The notes beneath the pieces are model-generated. The model saw only the letters and a program-made list of their open reading frames with translations. It was not told where the DNA came from and did not search any database. Of a stretch of DNA of 35,247 nt, positions 32,311-35,247 are shown in pieces (position 1 is the stretch's first letter; each line of letters opens with the position of its first letter). The DNA is from Chiloscyllium plagiosum (lineage: Eukaryota), in contig NC_057757.1 of NCBI RefSeq assembly GCF_004010195.1, forward strand, positions 6,444,600-6,479,846, written 5' to 3'. The position numbers and the translations under genes are program-made.

Positions 32311-33045
32311 TGAAGACCAAGGCTGGAGCACTGTGATGGGGATCCATCACCAACCGAGAGGGAAGGGTGTGAGGGCATTGGCGAGGGGCAGAAGGAGGTG
32401 GGTGGGGAGGTTTGTGAGGGTGGGACTGGTGGGCTTCAGCGATGATGCTTGTTACTCTCGGAAGGCTGAGATTGAGGCCTACGAACCTCCCGGTGGCCCT
32501 GGATGGGGCATTGTCCTGACCAGGAACACACCCATAAAAACTGGGGGTCGCAAGGTCGGTGGAAGGTTTGGGGAAGCCATGGGGTGGGGAAAAACCATCT
32601 CACCCAGGGAGTGGCAGAGCTCATTGCCCATGAGGGTAGTGCCCAGAACCAAATTACTTGGGTACCCACTTGGCAAGCTGTGAGGGGGGGGCGGGGGAGG
32701 GAGGACAACAGAGAGCAGGGAAGTTGAGCAGAGCCTTCATCCAACATGTCTTCCCACTGATGCCTCGTTGGGGCCTGGGATTCTGAGGCTTCGGAGGATA
32801 CAGTAGAATTCAGCGCCCGCCTGCTCGGGGGGCTTTCTCCAGCTCCTCTCTGACACCGTTCCAGCAAGTTGAGTTGCTGTGCTCTCACCCGGTCTCCACC
32901 AGGCAGAGTCCGTGGCTTGCCGGGTCTCCGCATGGTGTTGATGCCCAATCTCATGGGCGTCTCTCTCCCAACACGTTCCCCTCCCCCACCCCCATCCGCA
33001 CTCCTGTTCTTGAGAGATAGGCCAAATACAAGGCAGAGAGACACA

Positions 33046-33076
<31 letters not shown>

Positions 33077-33204
33077 GGAGTGACCAGTTCACATTACATC
33101 TGGGGCCAGAGATTTTCTAACACCCAAGTTACGGTGTGGAATGTCTTTGGGGCAGGAGGGTCTTGAACCTGGATGGGGTTCTGCCATCCAATCAGAAGGT
33201 CGGG

Positions 33205-33490
33205 GAACTGAGAACAAGACGCATCAGTTTAAGGTTAGAGGGGAAAGAATAAAAGGGATCCTGAGGGGCAACTTTTTTTACACAGACAGTGGTACACATA
33301 TGGAGTGAGCTGCCAGGGGAAGTGGTTGAGGTGGGTACAGTAACAACATTTGAAAGGCATTTGGACAAAGAATGGATAGGAAAGATTTAGAAGGATATGG
33401 GCCAAGTGTAAGGAAATGGGGATAGCGTGGGTGGATATTTTGGTCGGCATGGACCAGTTTAGGCCAAAGGGCCTGTCTCCATGCTTTAGG
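33205..33490 (+). mobile_element. CR1 3' end fragment
   Basis: ctgaggggcaactttttt...tggagtgagctgccaggggaagtggttgag...ggccaaagggcctgtctccatgct. Confidence 0.85.
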
Positions 33491-33959
33491 TGATGACAGA
33501 AATCGGCCATTCTGCCCATCAGCTCAATGCCTGCTCTCTGTACAACATTGTCCCTTTGCGCTCCCTCCCCTTCTTGTATTATCCCACAGTGAGTTTCCAT
33601 CTCTCACCCCAATTCTCTTTCAATCATATTCCCCCCCCCACCTCATAGGCATCAGGCCTCTCACTGTAGACGTTCCCAGAGAAATGGGTCAGCCTTGACG
33701 TTTCCTACCAACGTCCTGAAAGCCCCCTGACCCCCATCATACCGGTCCAGTGAGGAGATCAGCCGCAGCTCCCTCAGCCAAACCTGGTCAGTCAGGAGCC
33801 TTCTTTGTCTACCCATTCTGGTAGACTTCCTTCGGCCCTCTCTCGCTTTAAGTCCTTCCCTTTCTCAAACGGTGGGACCCGCACGGGGAGGGCACTGGAT
33901 GTTGGCCGTGGTGAGAAACCGGGCAATGTCCTTTGGGTATAGGGCAAGGGCCAATGACG

Positions 33960-34290
33960 GTAGTAAACAGGTAACGCCACTGAACCACTAATGAACGATT
34001 AAGCCCAGGTTAGTGACGTGGGTGCAAATCCCTAAATTCAATTAGTAGATTTGGAAGTAAAAGCTACCATCAATGATGGTGACCATGACAACCATCATCA
34101 GTTGTCATAAAAACTCATCAAATGCCCTTTAGGGAGGGAAATCTGCTGTCCTTCTCAAAATCGAGACTCCAGACCCATAGCGATGTGCTGGACGCTTATC
34201 CACATTCTAAAATGGCTGACCAAGCCACTCCGTTCAAAAGTCAGTTAGAGATGGGCAGTTACTCAGTGACAGCCACATCCCGTGAACCGG
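33960..34290 (+). mobile_element. Degraded Deu-type (SacSINE1-like) SINE
   Basis: ccctttagggagggaaatctgctgtcctt...gactccagacccatagcgatgtg. The family name is recalled from memory. Confidence 0.55.
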
Positions 34291-34716
34291 ATGAAGTCCC
34301 AGTATAATTGCTCCCGCGGTCATTGACCTTTCATTCCTGGGCATTTGTTCCCACCTTTGGGGGGGGGTCAAATTCCGTCAGCCCCCGTTCTGCTCTGAGC
34401 AAAGAGACGAGGTCGAAATGTTGGTGCCCGTTCAGGAAGTCACGGCAGCATAGCCCAGACTCGGAGAGAGGGTGTCCCGGCCTATCGGAAGGGCCTGAGC
34501 CTGACCCAGTTCGACCCTCACTCGATCTTGCCTCATGGCGATACAACACAGCCAGCAGACCAAAGGAAGTGCATTTGTGTAGCACCTCTCATCGCCTCAA
34601 AGTCGCCAGGGTGCTTCCCAGTCAAGGTCACACTTTTACAAAGCACAGAGAGGAATGTAATATTAGAGAACATTTTCACCAGCCATCTTTTATACAGTAC
34701 AATCCCACAGTCATAT

Positions 34717-35247
34717 CCTTGAAAGTGGAATCGCAGGTAGATAGGATAGTGAAGAAGGCGTTTGGTATGTTTTCCTTTATTGGTCAGAGTATTGAGTACA
34801 GGATTTAGGAGGTCATGTTGCCACTGTTGGAATATTGCATGCAATTCTGATCTCCTTCCTATCGGAAAGATGTTGTGAAACTTGAAAGGGTTCAGAAAAG
34901 ATTTACAAGGATGTTGCCAGGATTGGAGTATATGAGCCACAGGGAGAGGCTGAACAGGCTGGGGCTGTTTCCCCTGGAGCGTCGGAGGATGAGGGGTGAC
35001 CTTATAGAGGTTTACAAAATTATGAGGGACATGGATAGGATAAATAGACAAGGTCTTTTCCCTGGGGTAAGAGGGTCCAAAACTAGAGGGCATAGGTTTA
35101 GGGTGAGAGGGGAAAGATATAAAAGAGACCTAAGGGGCAACATTTTCACGCAGAGGGTGGTACGTGTGTGGAATGAGCTGCCAGAGGATGTGGTGGAGGC
35201 TGGTACAATTGCAGCATTTAAGAGGCATTTGGATGGGTGTATGACTA
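34717..35247 (+). mobile_element. CR1 LINE 3' fragment, runs off the window
   Basis: SLKVESQVDRIVKKAFGMFSFIGQSIEYR. Highly similar to 23755-24113 and to 6806-7547. Confidence 0.95.

Overview
Repeat-dense vertebrate genomic DNA with four assembly gaps. The repeat repertoire (V-domain tRNA SINEs of HE1 type, CR1 LINEs, Deu-type SINEs, Penelope-like elements) points to a cartilaginous fish, probably a shark; this is an inference. The only clear host coding sequence is the last exon (2439-2666, +) of a TSC22-domain leucine-zipper gene, followed by a probable ~2.9 kb 3' UTR. The rest consists of decayed CR1/L2-type LINE fragments, SINEs, two LTR-like remnants, a 4.2 kb satellite, minisatellites and a degenerate telomere-like tract. 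The most notable non-obvious features are (1) several minimal hammerhead-ribozyme motifs carried by short Penelope-like insertions, most with visible target-site duplications, including a 3-ribozyme inverted-repeat composite at 19047-19901, and (2) a 52-bp SINE-internal unit that has expanded into tandem arrays at three sites. Nearly all long ORFs in the supplied track are repeat or N-gap artefacts. Family names are from recalled consensus features, not database searches.
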